Part shown: piece by piece, positions 38,476 through 49,396 of the stretch
Layout: each line of letters opens with the position of its first letter
How positions within the stretch are numbered: the stretch's first letter is position 1
NCBI GenBank assembly: GCA_028713995.1
Contig: JAQTNF010000003.1
Coordinates: forward strand, 2,020 to 66,019
Source: Deltaproteobacteria bacterium
GTDB lineage: Bacteria; Myxococcota_A; Polyangia; JAAYKL01
Direction: 5' to 3'
DNA: 64,000 bases
The notes under the pieces: model-generated
Told to the model about the DNA's origin: nothing
The model's input: the letters and a program-made list of their open reading frames with translations, nothing else
Database searches by the model: none
Translations under genes and position numbers: made by a program

Positions 38476-41424
38476 CTAGCGCTTGCCCTTCTTGGGCTTG
38501 GCCTTGAGCGTAGGCTTGACCGCGGGCCTGGCCTTGGACTTGGCCGCGAGCTTGGGCGTGAGCTTGATCTTGGTCACGGGCTTGGCCTTGGGTTTGGCCT
38601 TGGGTGCGGGCTTCGTGAGGACCCTGATCCTCGGCGCGGGCCTGGCCTTGGGCTTGGGCGCAGCCTTGACCTTGGGCTTGGGCTTGGCCTTGGGAGCCGG
38701 TGCGGCGGCCTTGCGTGCGGCGGCCTCGCGCAGGGCGGCCTGGGCCGCGGCCATGCGCGCGATGGGCACGCGGAACGGGGAGCACGACACGTAGTCGAGC
38801 CCCACCTCGTGGCAGAACTCCACGGAGGTCGGCTCGCCGCCATGCTCGCCGCAGATGCCGACCTTGAGCTTCGGCCGCGACGCGCGGCCCTTCTCGACGC
38901 CCATGCGCACGAGCTGGCCTACGCCCTCGCGGTCGAGCGCCTCGAATGGGTCGCGCTCGTAGATCTTGAGCTCGCGGTAGCGCGGCAGGAACGAGCCCGC
39001 GTCGTCGCGCGAGACGCCGAGCGTGGTCTGCGTGAGGTCGTTGGTGCCGAACGAGAAGAACTCGGCCTCCCTGGCGATGGCGTCCGCGGTGACCGCGGCC
39101 CGCGGCAGCTCGATCATAGTGCCCACCAGGTAGGGCACGCGCGTGCCGGTCTCGGCGAAGACCTTGTCGGCCGTGGCGCGCACGATTGCCGCCTGGAGCC
39201 TGAATTCCTCGACCTTGCCCACGAGCGGGATCATGACCTCGGGGTTCACGTCGATGCCGCGCTTCTTCACCTCGACCGCGGCCTCGAAGATGGCGCGCGC
39301 CTGCATCTCGGTGATCTCGGGGAACGAGATGCCGAGCCGGCAGCCGCGGTGGCCGAGCATGGGGTTGAACTCGGCGAGCGCGCGCGCCTTGGCCGAGATG
39401 GCCGACGCCGGGATGCCGCTCTCGCGCGACAGATCCGCGATCTCCTCCTCCGTGTGCGGCAAAAACTCGTGGAGCGGCGGATCGAGCGTGCGGATGGTGA
39501 CCGGGCGGCCGCCCATGGCCTCGAAGATCCCGGCGAAGTCCCTGCGCTGCAAGGGCAGGATCTTGGAGAGCGCGCGGCGCCTGTCTTCCTCGTTCTCGGC
39601 GATGATCATCTCGCGCATGGGGCCGATCTTGCCCGGCCCGAAGAACATGTGCTCGGTCCGGCACAGCCCGATGCCCTCGGCGCCGAAGGACACGGCCTTG
39701 GCGGCCTGGTCGGGCTGGTCCGCGTTGGTGCGCACCTTGAGCCTGCGGAAGCGGTCGGCGATGGCCATGATCTTGGCGTAGGTCTGATAGGTTGGCGCCT
39801 CATCGGGCCGAAGCGTCTTGTCGATGAGCACGCGCACGACCTCGGACGGCACCGTGGCCACCTGGCCCTCGAGCACCTCGCCCGCGGTCCCGTCGAGGGA
39901 CATGAAGTCGCCCTCCCTGAGCGTGACGCCGCCCATGCGCACCACGCCCGCGGCGTAGTCCACGTCGGCCGCGCCGCAGCCGGCCACGCACACCTTGCCC
40001 ATCTGCCGCGCCACGAGCGCCGCGTGGCTGGTCACGCCGCCGCGCGCGGTCAGGATGCCCTCGGCCGCGTTCATGCCCGCGATGTCCTCGGGCGAGGTCT
40101 CGTGGCGGACCAGGATCACCGGGCCGGTCGCGGCCATCTCCATGGCCTTCTCGGCGGTGAGCGCGATGCGGCCCGTGGCGGCTCCGGGTCCGGCCGCGAG
40201 GCCCTTTGCGAGCACCTTGGCCGTTCGCTTGGCGTTGGGATCGAACACCGGGCGCAAAAGCTGGTTCAGCTGCTCGGGCTCGATGCGCAGGAGCGCCTGC
40301 TTCTCGTCGATGAGGCCCTCGACGACCATGTCAGCGGCCATGCGCACCGCGGCGAACCCCGTGCGCTTGCCGGTGCGCGTCTGCAAGAGGTAGAGGCGCC
40401 CGCGCTCCACCGTGAACTCGAGATCCTGCATGTCGCGGTAGTGGTTCTCGAGCCGGCCGCGCACTTCCACGAGCTGACGGTAGACCTCGGGGAACTTGTG
40501 CTCGAGCGATTCGTCGCCGCTGTGCGCGTACGAGATCTTCTGCGGCGTGCGGATGCCGGCCACCACGTCCTCGCCCTGGGCGTTGCGCAGCCACTCGCCG
40601 AAGAACACGTGCTCGCCCGTGGCCGGGTCGCGGGTGAAGGCCACGCCCGTGGCGCAGTCGTCGCCCATGTTGCCGAAGACCATGGTCTGCACGTTGACGG
40701 CCGTGCCCCAGTGGGACGGAATATGGTTCAACTGCCTGTAGGTGACCGCGCGCGGGTTGTTCCAGGAGCCGAACACGGCGCCCACGGCGCCCCACAGCTG
40801 CTCCATGGCGTCATCGGGGAAGGTCTTGCCCTCTGCGCGGATGATCGCCTTGGACTCGCGCACGATCCTGCGCAGCTCCGGCCCCGGCACCTCGAAGTCC
40901 TGCGTGACGCCCAGGCGGCGCTTGGCCTCGTCCATGAGCTTCTCGCACTTGTGGCGGTGCACGCCGAGCACCACGTCGCCGTACATCATGACGAAGCGCC
41001 GGTACGCGTCGAACACGAAGCGCTCGTTCCCGAACAGGCGCACCATGCCCTCGGCCACCGCGTCGTTGATGCCCAGGTTCAAGATGGTGTCCATCATGCC
41101 CGGCATGGACGCGGGCGCGCCGGAGCGCACCGACATGAGCAGCGGGTTCTCGGGGTCGCCGAAGCGTTTTCCCGCGAGCCGGCTCACCTCGCGCAGGGCC
41201 GCCTCGACCTCTGCCGTGAGCGAAGGCGGCAGCTTGCCGCCGGTCTCGAAGTAGCGGTTGCACACCGCGGTGGTGATCGTGAAGCCGGGCGGCACGGGCA
41301 GGCCGAGCAGCACCATCTCGGCCAGGTTCGCTCCCTTGCCGCCGAGGAGCTCCTTCATCTTCGCGTTGCCGTCGGCCCTGCCGCCGCCGAACAGGTAGAC
41401 CATTTTCTCCGCGCGTTTTGCCAT
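38476..41424 (-). CDS. ppdK: Pyruvate phosphate dikinase with a roughly 90-aa Lys/Ala/Pro-rich C-terminal tail
   Basis: [15 protein letters not shown]...[10 protein letters not shown]. Shine-Dalgarno ggagaagga. Tail [20 protein letters not shown]...KAKPKKGKR. Confidence 0.85.
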   Translation of the reverse strand: MAKRAEKMVYLFGGGRADGNAKMKELLGGKGANLAEMVLLGLPVPPGFTITTAVCNRYFETGGKLPPSLTAEVEAALREVSRLAGKRFGDPENPLLMSVRSGAPASMPGMMDTILNLGINDAVAEGMVRLFGNERFVFDAYRRFVMMYGDVVLGVHRHKCEKLMDEAKRRLGVTQDFEVPGPELRRIVRESKAIIRAEGKTFPDDAMEQLWGAVGAVFGSWNNPRAVTYRQLNHIPSHWGTAVNVQTMVFGNMGDDCATGVAFTRDPATGEHVFFGEWLRNAQGEDVVAGIRTPQKISYAHSGDESLEHKFPEVYRQLVEVRGRLENHYRDMQDLEFTVERGRLYLLQTRTGKRTGFAAVRMAADMVVEGLIDEKQALLRIEPEQLNQLLRPVFDPNAKRTAKVLAKGLAAGPGAATGRIALTAEKAMEMAATGPVILVRHETSPEDIAGMNAAEGILTARGGVTSHAALVARQMGKVCVAGCGAADVDYAAGVVRMGGVTLREGDFMSLDGTAGEVLEGQVATVPSEVVRVLIDKTLRPDEAPTYQTYAKIMAIADRFRRLKVRTNADQPDQAAKAVSFGAEGIGLCRTEHMFFGPGKIGPMREMIIAENEEDRRRALSKILPLQRRDFAGIFEAMGGRPVTIRTLDPPLHEFLPHTEEEIADLSRESGIPASAISAKARALAEFNPMLGHRGCRLGISFPEITEMQARAIFEAAVEVKKRGIDVNPEVMIPLVGKVEEFRLQAAIVRATADKVFAETGTRVPYLVGTMIELPRAAVTADAIAREAEFFSFGTNDLTQTTLGVSRDDAGSFLPRYRELKIYERDPFEALDREGVGQLVRMGVEKGRASRPKLKVGICGEHGGEPTSVEFCHEVGLDYVSCSPFRVPIARMAAAQAALREAAARKAAAPAPKAKPKPKVKAAPKPKARPAPRIRVLTKPAPKAKPKAKPVTKIKLTPKLAAKSKARPAVKPTLKAKPKKGKR

Positions 41425-41559
41425 CTTCCTTCTCCTCTCGAGTGAACGGTGCCCGAACGGTTCGAGCTTGCGGGCAAGCGTAGACGCGTTTATGACCGTA
41501 TTCAATAGCGCTCGCGCCCTTTTTTGCCGGAAATCGGCGAGACTCGGAGGTCCCCCAAG

Positions 41560-41730
41560 ATGCCCATCACCCCGGAGCTGAAAGCCATCCTGGCCTGTCC
41601 CAAGTGCAAAGGGCCCCTTGCGGAGCACAAGGACCCCGAGGGCTTCGCGTGCGAGGCCTGCAAGCTCCTCTACAAGGTGGAGGACGAGATCCCGAACTTC
41701 CTCATCGACGAGGCCGTGCCGCTCAAATGA
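41560..41730 (+). CDS. Trm112-like (UPF0434) small zinc-ribbon protein
   Basis: [11 protein letters not shown]...[17 protein letters not shown]. Confidence 0.7.
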   Translation: MPITPELKAILACPKCKGPLAEHKDPEGFACEACKLLYKVEDEIPNFLIDEAVPLK

Positions 41731-41936
41731 CGAATAGAATGGTCTCGCGACGCAAGATCACCACCGCCGAGCGCTGGGCGCGACGGATACGGTTCTGGCA
41801 GGAGCGCCTCGCGCCCGAGCTCCCCGACATCCCGCCCGAGGATCTCGCGCTCATCCTGTCGTCGATCCTGCAGCCCAGGAGCGTGCCCCGGCGCTGGCTG
41901 CTCAGGAAGGTCACGGACGATGGCTATGCCCTCTGA
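41727..41936 (+). CDS. Small hypothetical protein
   Basis: ATGA overlap with the trm112-like stop. Confidence 0.3.
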   Translation: MTNRMVSRRKITTAERWARRIRFWQERLAPELPDIPPEDLALILSSILQPRSVPRRWLLRKVTDDGYAL

Positions 41937-42429
41937 GAAAGTCCTTCTGGCGGACATCGTCCGCGCCTGCAGGAGCGTGGGGCTCGACCCGATCCTGATC
42001 GGGAACGCGGCCGCCGCGCTCCAGGGCGCTCCCGTGACCACGCGCGACGTGGACTTCTTCGTGCGCGACTCGGAGGCGAACCGGCGGAGGATCGAGCGCC
42101 TCGCCGGGCTCCTCGGCGACCTGGCCGTGACCCACCCGGGAGAGCCGCTTTCCGACATGACGCGGCTCGTGGGAGGGCCGGTCGAAATCGATTTCGTGTT
42201 CCACCTGTCGAGCGGCGCCCGGTTCGAGTCGCTCCGGTCGCGCGCGGTGGACATCCGCTTTTCGGACGTGAACGTGCGCGTCGCCTCGCTCGCGGACATC
42301 ATCGCGTCCAAGCGCGCCACCGGCCGGCCCAAGGATCTCGCGGTGCTGCCGGTGCTCGAGCAGACCGCGCGCGTCCTCGAAAAGATGGAACAGGATGCAT
42401 GGGGCGCCCCCCCGAGGGGCCGGAGCTAA
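41920..42429 (+). CDS. Putative nucleotidyltransferase-fold protein
   Basis: 169 aa. GNAAAALQG...RDVDFFV. Confidence 0.4.
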   Translation: MAMPSEKVLLADIVRACRSVGLDPILIGNAAAALQGAPVTTRDVDFFVRDSEANRRRIERLAGLLGDLAVTHPGEPLSDMTRLVGGPVEIDFVFHLSSGARFESLRSRAVDIRFSDVNVRVASLADIIASKRATGRPKDLAVLPVLEQTARVLEKMEQDAWGAPPRGRS

Positions 42430-42459
42430 CGCAAGATCATCAGAGAGGTGAGTCGTAGC

Positions 42460-45400
42460 TCAGGCGCTCGCGGCCACGGCCAAGCGCGGGGCCAGGCGGA
42501 CAGAAATCATCTTGGAGACGCCGGCCTCCTCCATGGTCACGCCGTACAGGGTGTCGGACTTCTCCATGGTGACTTTGGAGTGCGTGATGATGATGAACTG
42601 CGAGCGGTCCGTCATGCCGCGCACCATGTCGACGAACCGGCCGATGTTGGCCTCGTCGAGGGGCGCGTCCACCTCGTCGAGCAGGCAGAACGGGCTCGGC
42701 CTGTGCCCGAAGATGGCGAACAGCAGGCTGACCGCGGTAAGGGCCTTCTCTCCGCCGCTCATGAGCTCGATGTTGCCGAGCCGCTTGCCCGGGGGCTGGG
42801 CCACGATGTCCACTCCGGACGCGAGGAGATCCTCGGGATCGGTGAGCATGAGCTCGGCCCGGCCACCCCTGAAGAGCTTGGGGAAGATGTCCTTGAACCT
42901 CGCGTTCACGTCCTCGAACGTCTCCTTGAAGCGCCGGCGCGAGTCCTTGTCCATGCGGGCGATGGCGCGCTCGAGATCCTCGAGGGCCTGCTCCAGGTCG
43001 GCCTTCTGCACCGTGAGCACGCTGTAGCGCTCCTCCTCCCGCTCGAACTCCTCGATGGCGCCCAGGTTGATGGGGCCCATGCGATCGATGAGGCCGCGCA
43101 GCTCGTCGATGCGCGCCTTGACGTCCGGGCCCGGCAGCGGGCGCAGGTGGTAATCGCCGAGCACGCGCGGAAGATCGATGCGGTGGCGCTCGAACACACC
43201 CTCGACGAGGTGGCCGGTCTCGATTTCGACCTGGTTCGCGTCGAGCCTGAGCGCCGCCACCTTCTCGGCGATCGCGTCGACCTGGCGCCGCCGCTCCTTG
43301 AGCCCGTGCTCGCCCTCGACCAGCCGCAAGGCCACGGCCTCGAGGCGTTCCTGGCACTCGGTCACGCGCGCCCGAGCCATCTTGCTCTCTGCGAGTCGGC
43401 CGAGCAGCACGTCGCGGTGACGGACCAGATCGCCGGCCGCGCGCCCCGTCTCGTCGGCCACCCGGCAGCGATCGCGCCGAATGCCTTCAAGCCGGCTCCT
43501 CACCTCTGCGAGGCTCTTCGCGATGTTCTCGCGCCGCGCGATGGCCGCGCCCACCTGCTGCTCGAGAGCCGCCTGCTCCACGCGCAGATCCGCCGTGGCG
43601 GCGGCCAATCTGTCGGTCTCGGCGCGCAGCGCCTCGATGGCCGGCGCATGCTCCGCGAGCCACGCCTCGAGAGCCGCGGCCTCGGCGGTCGCCTCGCTCA
43701 CTGCGAGGGACATTTCCGCGAGGTCGGCGCGCGCCTCGGCGAGCACCTCCTCGTGGCTCGAGATCTCGACCGCGAGAGCCTCCTTGCGCCGCACCACGGC
43801 CGCGAGCTCGTCCGCCGCGCGCGCCCGATCCTTGCGCGCCTCGGCGAGCTGGATGGCGTGCTCCTGCGCCTCGCGCAGCGCCCTCTCCGCGGCCTCCCGA
43901 CGCGCGCCGAGCTCTTCCTTGAGCGCGTTGAAGCGCTCCTCGAGCGCGTCGTGACGTCCGTGAAGTCGCTCCACCTCGCCCGCCAGCTCGCGGATCTCGC
44001 GCTTCTGAACGAGCAGGTCGGCCTCGGGCGAGCGCGAGCGCCCGCCGCGCATGACCCCGTCGGCCTCGATGAGCTGCCCGTCGAGCGTGACGAACGCGGC
44101 TTCGCCGCCGGTCGCCTCCCACAGGGCCATGGCGTCGGTCAGGTGCTCGACGACGAATACACCGTCAAGGAGACGCGACACGAGCTCCGCGGTCGCCTCG
44201 TCGGCCGCCTTCACGAAGTCGCCGAGCGCGCCCACGACGCGCGGGTCGGTCGGCGGGGTCGCCTGCGACGCCTTGCCCGCGGTCCGGGCGAGGACGGTCA
44301 CGCGTCCGAGATCACGCGCCTTGAGCTTCTCCAGGATCGCGAGGCCCGCGGCGCGGTCCTTCACGATGAGCGCCTCGAGCCGGTCGCCGAGCGCCGCCGC
44401 GAGCGCCACCTCCAGATGGGCCGGGCACTCCACCTCGTCGACAAGGAGGCTTAAGAGCGCCGGATCGTGCTCGTCGCGCAGGGTGACGACCGCCTCGCGA
44501 ACGCCCCGATCGTGGCGTTCGAGCCCCCTGTGCATCTCCTCGAGGGAGGCGAGGCGCGAGGCCTTGGAGTGAAGCTCGTCGCGGGTGCAGCGACGCTCTC
44601 CGTCGCACGCGTCGATTTCCTCGCGCAGACGGTTGAACGCCTCGCGCTCGCTCTGCTCGATTGTGCGCGCCGTGCAGAGCGCACCCTCCACCGACGCCGT
44701 GCGTCCGTCGATGCCGTCCACGGCCAGAGCCAGCTCACGCGCCCGTGCGTCGAGCCCCTCGTCCTCGGTGAGCGCGGTCTTGAGTCGATCTTCGGCCTCC
44801 CCGATGCGGCGCCCGAGGTTCGTCACCGCGCCCTCCGACGCGGCGAGCCTCGCCCGCGAGCGTCCCGCCTGGTCCTTCTTCTCCTCCTGGGTCGCCGTGA
44901 GGCTCTGCAGCCCGGCGCGCGCTTCCTCTGCCGCCGCGGCCATCCGCGCATGGCGTTCCACAACGGACGCGCGGTCCGCGTCGAGCGCGGCCACCTCGGC
45001 CGCCACGGACTCAAGGTCGCCCTCGAGAGATCGTCCCTGAGCCTCCACCGCGGTCTCCTGCTCCGTGAGGGCCGCCTGCTCCTTGGCCAGCCGGGTCAGG
45101 GCGTCGCCGAGGTGCCGGGCCTCGTTCTCGAGGACCTGGATGGCGTTGTCGATCTCGTACGCGGCGCCGCGCGCCTCGTCGGCCTGCCCCTTGACCGCCT
45201 GCTCGTCGAGGCGGGAAACCTCGACCTCGGCCTCGAGGGCGGTGAGCCCTCCACGCGCCTCCTGCTGGATGTCCTCGGACTCGGAGAGGGCCGCGGCCAC
45301 GGCCATCGCGCGCGCCCGAAGCTCCAGGTAGCGGTGGCTCGCCAGGTACATCTCGAGGTCGAGGCGCTCGGCGCTGTAGACCTTGTAGCGCTCGGCCTTC

Positions 45401-46038
45401 TTGGCCTGCCGCTTGAGGCTCGCCAGGTTGCGCTCGATCTCGCCCACGATGTCGGTCACGCGCGCCAGGTTCTGCCGCGTCTGCTCCATTCGCCGCTCGG
45501 CGGATCTGCGGCTGGCCTTGTACTTGGTGATGCCGGCCGCCTCCTCGATCATGGCGCGGCGATCTTCTGACCTCGAGCTCACGATGAGCCCGATGCGGCC
45601 CTGCTCGATGATCGAGTAGGCGCGCGCGCCCGCGCCGGTGCCCAGAAACAAATCGGTGACGTCCATCAGCCGGCACGGCACCTTGTTAATGAAGTACTCG
45701 CTCGTCCCGTCCCTGTGCAGGCGGCGAGTGGTGGAGACCTCGGAGTAGCCGACGAACTCCGGGTGCGACAGGCCGTCCGTATTGTCGAAGGTGATGGTGA
45801 CCTCGGCCATGGACTTGGGTCCGCGCGTCTCGGACCCGTTGAAAATGACGTCCTCCATACCCTTGCCGCGCAGGTTCTTGGCCGACTGTTCGCCAAGCGC
45901 CCAACGAATCGCGTCCACGATGTTGCTCTTTCCGCAGCCATTGGGCCCGACCACGGCCGTCACGGCATGGTCGAAAACGACCTTTGTCTCGTCATAAAAC
46001 GATTTGAATCCGCAGATATCGACTTGTTTGATTCTCAT
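42460..46038 (-). CDS. smc: Chromosome segregation protein SMC
   Basis: 1192 aa. N-terminal GPNGCGKSN. Long coiled coils. C-terminal LSGGEK...DEVDAPLD. Confidence 0.9.
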   Translation of the reverse strand: MRIKQVDICGFKSFYDETKVVFDHAVTAVVGPNGCGKSNIVDAIRWALGEQSAKNLRGKGMEDVIFNGSETRGPKSMAEVTITFDNTDGLSHPEFVGYSEVSTTRRLHRDGTSEYFINKVPCRLMDVTDLFLGTGAGARAYSIIEQGRIGLIVSSRSEDRRAMIEEAAGITKYKASRRSAERRMEQTRQNLARVTDIVGEIERNLASLKRQAKKAERYKVYSAERLDLEMYLASHRYLELRARAMAVAAALSESEDIQQEARGGLTALEAEVEVSRLDEQAVKGQADEARGAAYEIDNAIQVLENEARHLGDALTRLAKEQAALTEQETAVEAQGRSLEGDLESVAAEVAALDADRASVVERHARMAAAAEEARAGLQSLTATQEEKKDQAGRSRARLAASEGAVTNLGRRIGEAEDRLKTALTEDEGLDARARELALAVDGIDGRTASVEGALCTARTIEQSEREAFNRLREEIDACDGERRCTRDELHSKASRLASLEEMHRGLERHDRGVREAVVTLRDEHDPALLSLLVDEVECPAHLEVALAAALGDRLEALIVKDRAAGLAILEKLKARDLGRVTVLARTAGKASQATPPTDPRVVGALGDFVKAADEATAELVSRLLDGVFVVEHLTDAMALWEATGGEAAFVTLDGQLIEADGVMRGGRSRSPEADLLVQKREIRELAGEVERLHGRHDALEERFNALKEELGARREAAERALREAQEHAIQLAEARKDRARAADELAAVVRRKEALAVEISSHEEVLAEARADLAEMSLAVSEATAEAAALEAWLAEHAPAIEALRAETDRLAAATADLRVEQAALEQQVGAAIARRENIAKSLAEVRSRLEGIRRDRCRVADETGRAAGDLVRHRDVLLGRLAESKMARARVTECQERLEAVALRLVEGEHGLKERRRQVDAIAEKVAALRLDANQVEIETGHLVEGVFERHRIDLPRVLGDYHLRPLPGPDVKARIDELRGLIDRMGPINLGAIEEFEREEERYSVLTVQKADLEQALEDLERAIARMDKDSRRRFKETFEDVNARFKDIFPKLFRGGRAELMLTDPEDLLASGVDIVAQPPGKRLGNIELMSGGEKALTAVSLLFAIFGHRPSPFCLLDEVDAPLDEANIGRFVDMVRGMTDRSQFIIITHSKVTMEKSDTLYGVTMEEAGVSKMISVRLAPRLAVAASA

Positions 46039-46242
46039 GACCTACCCTCACCCTGAACCTGCCTGGGCAGGTCCGGGACGATCGACTCCCAGCCAGATTT
46101 TCGCGCCTCGGAACGGATTCACACTAGCAGATGGGAACTGACACCACAACACCTTTTAGTCCAATGCCATATATGCATGGTACTGCCATGAGCATACGAG
46201 CCTATTTGACATCGGAACCAGGGCTGCGGTACCTCGATCCCG

Positions 46243-47043
46243 ATGGTCATGACCCCGCACATTCCGCCGGATTCTCCGGATTTTCCCGGAGATCCCAGCC
46301 CGCAGCCGCCCTTTGGCGCCCCGGACGCGCTGCGCTCCATCGCCCTGTGGAGCCTGGGCCTGCCGCATTTGGCGGCCTGGGTGCTCGGCGTCCGGGCCGC
46401 GTCCGGGATCGTGGACCTCAAGCGTCACGACCGCTGGCTCAAGCTCATGGCGCGTTCGGTGACCACCCTGGCCGGCATCCGCGTGGAGACGCTCGGGCGC
46501 GAGGTCCTCGAAAAGGACCGGGCCTATGTCTATGTGGTCAATCACGTGAACATCTTCGACATGTTCGTCATCTACCAATCCATTCCGTCCTACACCCGTT
46601 CGCTCGAGGAGAAGAGCCATTTCTCGTGGCCTATCATCGGCTCGCTCATCACCGCCGCCGGGCAGATCCCCGTCGACCGCAAGGATCGGCGCGTCACGGC
46701 GCGCGGGCTCATGCGCGCGGCCGAGATGCTCCGCCGCGGCGAGTCGCTCACGGTGCTGCCGGAGGGAGCGCGCACGCTCGACGGAGGCGTGGGGCCGTTC
46801 TACGAAGGCGCGTTCCGGCTCGCGATCCAGGCCGGGGCGCCGGTCGCTCCGTTCGCCATGCGCGGCGGACGGGCGATCTCCAGGCGCGGCGACTTCCGCA
46901 TCCGCCCGGGCTCGGTGCAGGTCCTGTTCGCCGCTCCCGTGCCGACGGCGGGCATGAAGCCCACGGACGCCGGAGAGCTCGCACGCAGGTGCCGGACCAT
47001 CGTCATCGAGCTCTTGCAGGGAAGGAGGCGGCCCGGCGAATAG
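46243..47043 (+). CDS. plsC: 1-acyl-sn-glycerol-3-phosphate acyltransferase
   Basis: VVNHVNIFD (HX4D). VLPEGART. Confidence 0.75.
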   Translation: MVMTPHIPPDSPDFPGDPSPQPPFGAPDALRSIALWSLGLPHLAAWVLGVRAASGIVDLKRHDRWLKLMARSVTTLAGIRVETLGREVLEKDRAYVYVVNHVNIFDMFVIYQSIPSYTRSLEEKSHFSWPIIGSLITAAGQIPVDRKDRRVTARGLMRAAEMLRRGESLTVLPEGARTLDGGVGPFYEGAFRLAIQAGAPVAPFAMRGGRAISRRGDFRIRPGSVQVLFAAPVPTAGMKPTDAGELARRCRTIVIELLQGRRRPGE

Positions 47044-47136
47044 CCGGCCCGGATCGGAACCCGGATCGGAAGGTGGTTCCGGGAGCGACGAAATGGGTTA
47101 TAGTCGTCCACACAAGCACACAAGGGGGTGCCTGAC

Positions 47137-48036
47137 ATGAAGAAGAAAGCGATCACCATTCTCGTCATCGTCCTGCTCGCCGCCGGAATCGGAGGTTACC
47201 TGGTCTACAGCAGGTACCTGCGATTCATGGACGCGTTCACGGCGTGCCCGGTCTCCGCGTTCCGCACGGCGGCGTCCACGCCCGACACGGCCATCGCCTT
47301 CGTGAGCGAAGCCGCGCTCAAGTCGCTCGTGACCACCGAGAAGTGCAGCCTCGACTGCGACCACGGCAACACGGCGGCGTGCGTCCTGTACGCGGCCGCG
47401 CTTCGCAAGGGAGTGTTCCTGCTGGCGAACCCCGCCGACGCGGACGCGCTGCTCAAGGACACCTGCGCCAAGGGCGAGCAGCTCGCGTGCCAGGTTGAAA
47501 AGTCCATCGCCGACACGGCGGCGGCCGAAGCCAAGGCCAAAGTCGCGGCCGAGGAGGCCAAGGCGAGCGCCGAGGCACGCGAAGCGCTCGTTGCGTCCCG
47601 CACGGCGGTGCAGCGCATGAGTGAGGAGTCGCTCGACTACTTCAAGGGCAAGACCCTGCCCATGACCACCGAGGCCATGAACAAGTGGTACGAGGACACG
47701 ATCCGGTTCCTGCTCTACGACAAACCCAAGCTCTGCAAGCTGCACCATATCGAGGGGCACGACCCGATGAACGTCGGTCTCGAGGAGTTCGCGATCTCCA
47801 AGTACACGGGCGGCGCCGAAAAACCCGATCTCCCGACCATCATGGAGTTCTTCGGCGAGCTGAACCGCCTGGGCGTGGGGCAGATCCAGCTCGACGAGAG
47901 GGTGGAGAAGAAGCCCGAGAGCGAGATCCCCATCAACCACCCGTACTTCAAGGCCAAGCGCACCTTCCTGTGGCGTGTGGCCCAGGTGGAGCTCAAGGTT
48001 CTCGATCTGGTCGAGAAGTCCCTCTCCTCCAAGTAG
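47137..48036 (+). CDS. Membrane-anchored hypothetical protein
   Basis: N-terminal TM segment. Lys and Glu-rich. Confidence 0.45.
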   Translation: MKKKAITILVIVLLAAGIGGYLVYSRYLRFMDAFTACPVSAFRTAASTPDTAIAFVSEAALKSLVTTEKCSLDCDHGNTAACVLYAAALRKGVFLLANPADADALLKDTCAKGEQLACQVEKSIADTAAAEAKAKVAAEEAKASAEAREALVASRTAVQRMSEESLDYFKGKTLPMTTEAMNKWYEDTIRFLLYDKPKLCKLHHIEGHDPMNVGLEEFAISKYTGGAEKPDLPTIMEFFGELNRLGVGQIQLDERVEKKPESEIPINHPYFKAKRTFLWRVAQVELKVLDLVEKSLSSK

Positions 48037-48116
48037 AGCCGGTCGAAAGACCCAGCGTTCATTTTTTTCGCAACCCGCGCCCCCGAACGGCCGATAGAGG
48101 CGTTCGGAGGCGAGAG

Positions 48117-48998
48117 ATGACGCGCAACGAGCTTTCGGTGAGGGTTGCCGTTCCGGGTTCCAGGGAAGCCGTGTACCGCTTCGCGGAGCCGGTCGTCCGC
48201 GTGGGACGCTCGGACGCGTGCCACCTGTCCATCTGCCACGAGGCGGTGCCGCGCGAGTTGTGCCGGGCGTGGGTCGAGGAGGGCGGCGGCTCTGTGCGCG
48301 TGGAGGAGCGGCCCGGCCTTCGCAATCCGCTCATGAAGGGCAAAAGGCCGGTACGCGGCGGCGTCGCAGGGCCCGTGCTGCACCTCTCAATCGGGCCCGT
48401 ATCCCTCGTCTTCGAACCCGCCGACCCTATCCACAGGCCCGCCTCGTCCGCGAAGCCCGGCTTGAGGAGAGCCGCATTCGCCGGTCTCGCGCTCGCCACC
48501 GTTGCGTGCGCGGTCCTCCTTGCGTCCGATCGCTTGGACCGAACGCCGCTGTCGGGCCCTGTCGACACCCTCCCGGCCACCCCGTTCGCGTCCCCGACCC
48601 GCACCTCGTGCCCGGACGTCGGCGAATGTGTCGTTGAGGCCCGGCTCTCGGCGTCGCGTGCGCGGGAGCTCCTGTCGAGACCCGGCGCAACGCCCGGAAC
48701 CGGCGTCGCCGCGACGCGCCTGCTGCGGGACGCCGCGACGAAGCTCGCCCTGGCCGGCGCAAGCGATGCGACCGACGTGGCAACGCAGGCCGATGACCTC
48801 GAGCGCCGCACGCTCGCCGCGTACCGCCGGGAGGTCCTGGCGCTCGAGCGCGCTCTCGAGCGGGGCGACGAGCCTGCGAAGGGCGCGGCCGCGCGCAACC
48901 TGATCGAGTTCCTCGGAGCCGGCGACGACCCGGCCCGGACTTTCCTCTCTTCGCTGGCGCGAGCCGCAGGGCCCGTGCGAAAGGAGAAACGACCATGA
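48117..48998 (+). CDS. FHA-domain protein with a TM segment
   Basis: VVRVGRSDACHLSICHEAV...SVRVE is FHA-like. Confidence 0.5.
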   Translation: MTRNELSVRVAVPGSREAVYRFAEPVVRVGRSDACHLSICHEAVPRELCRAWVEEGGGSVRVEERPGLRNPLMKGKRPVRGGVAGPVLHLSIGPVSLVFEPADPIHRPASSAKPGLRRAAFAGLALATVACAVLLASDRLDRTPLSGPVDTLPATPFASPTRTSCPDVGECVVEARLSASRARELLSRPGATPGTGVAATRLLRDAATKLALAGASDATDVATQADDLERRTLAAYRREVLALERALERGDEPAKGAAARNLIEFLGAGDDPARTFLSSLARAAGPVRKEKRP

Positions 48999-49396
48999 GA
49001 ATCGCCGTTGCCGGAATCGCCTTGCTTGCCGCGGCCGCGGCATCCTGCGGCCAACCCGCGCCTCGCGACACGGCCCCGGATCCCGGAACTGGAACCGATG
49101 CCGTCGCGGCAGCGCAGATGGTGGCCGCGGCAGGAAGACTGGCCGCGACCGGGCGTCACCTCGAGGCGAGCTGGTACCTGGAGGCGGCCCTGACCGCGGG
49201 CGGCGACGAGCGGGCCGTCCTGCCCGCCCTGGCGATCGAGGAGGTGCGGGCCGGACGCCTGCGGGCCGCGCGCGAGAGCCTCGATCGGCTCGCGGTGATC
49301 ATGCCCGGGCATCCCGGGCTCGAGGAGCTCGCCGGAACGGTCTTACGGCTCACCGACGGCCGCGACGGGGCGGCGAGCAGGGAGGTGGCGCCATGA
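48995..49396 (+). CDS. Lipoprotein, hypothetical
   Basis: ATGA overlap. AAAAASCG lipobox. Confidence 0.45.
   Translation: MRIAVAGIALLAAAAASCGQPAPRDTAPDPGTGTDAVAAAQMVAAAGRLAATGRHLEASWYLEAALTAGGDERAVLPALAIEEVRAGRLRAARESLDRLAVIMPGHPGLEELAGTVLRLTDGRDGAASREVAP

Noticed and set aside
38123-41445. Long alternative-frame ORFs (513 aa on the minus strand, 1035 aa on the plus strand) across the ppdK locus
   Set aside because: High-GC shadow frames. The ppdK frame has clear family motifs and a Shine-Dalgarno.
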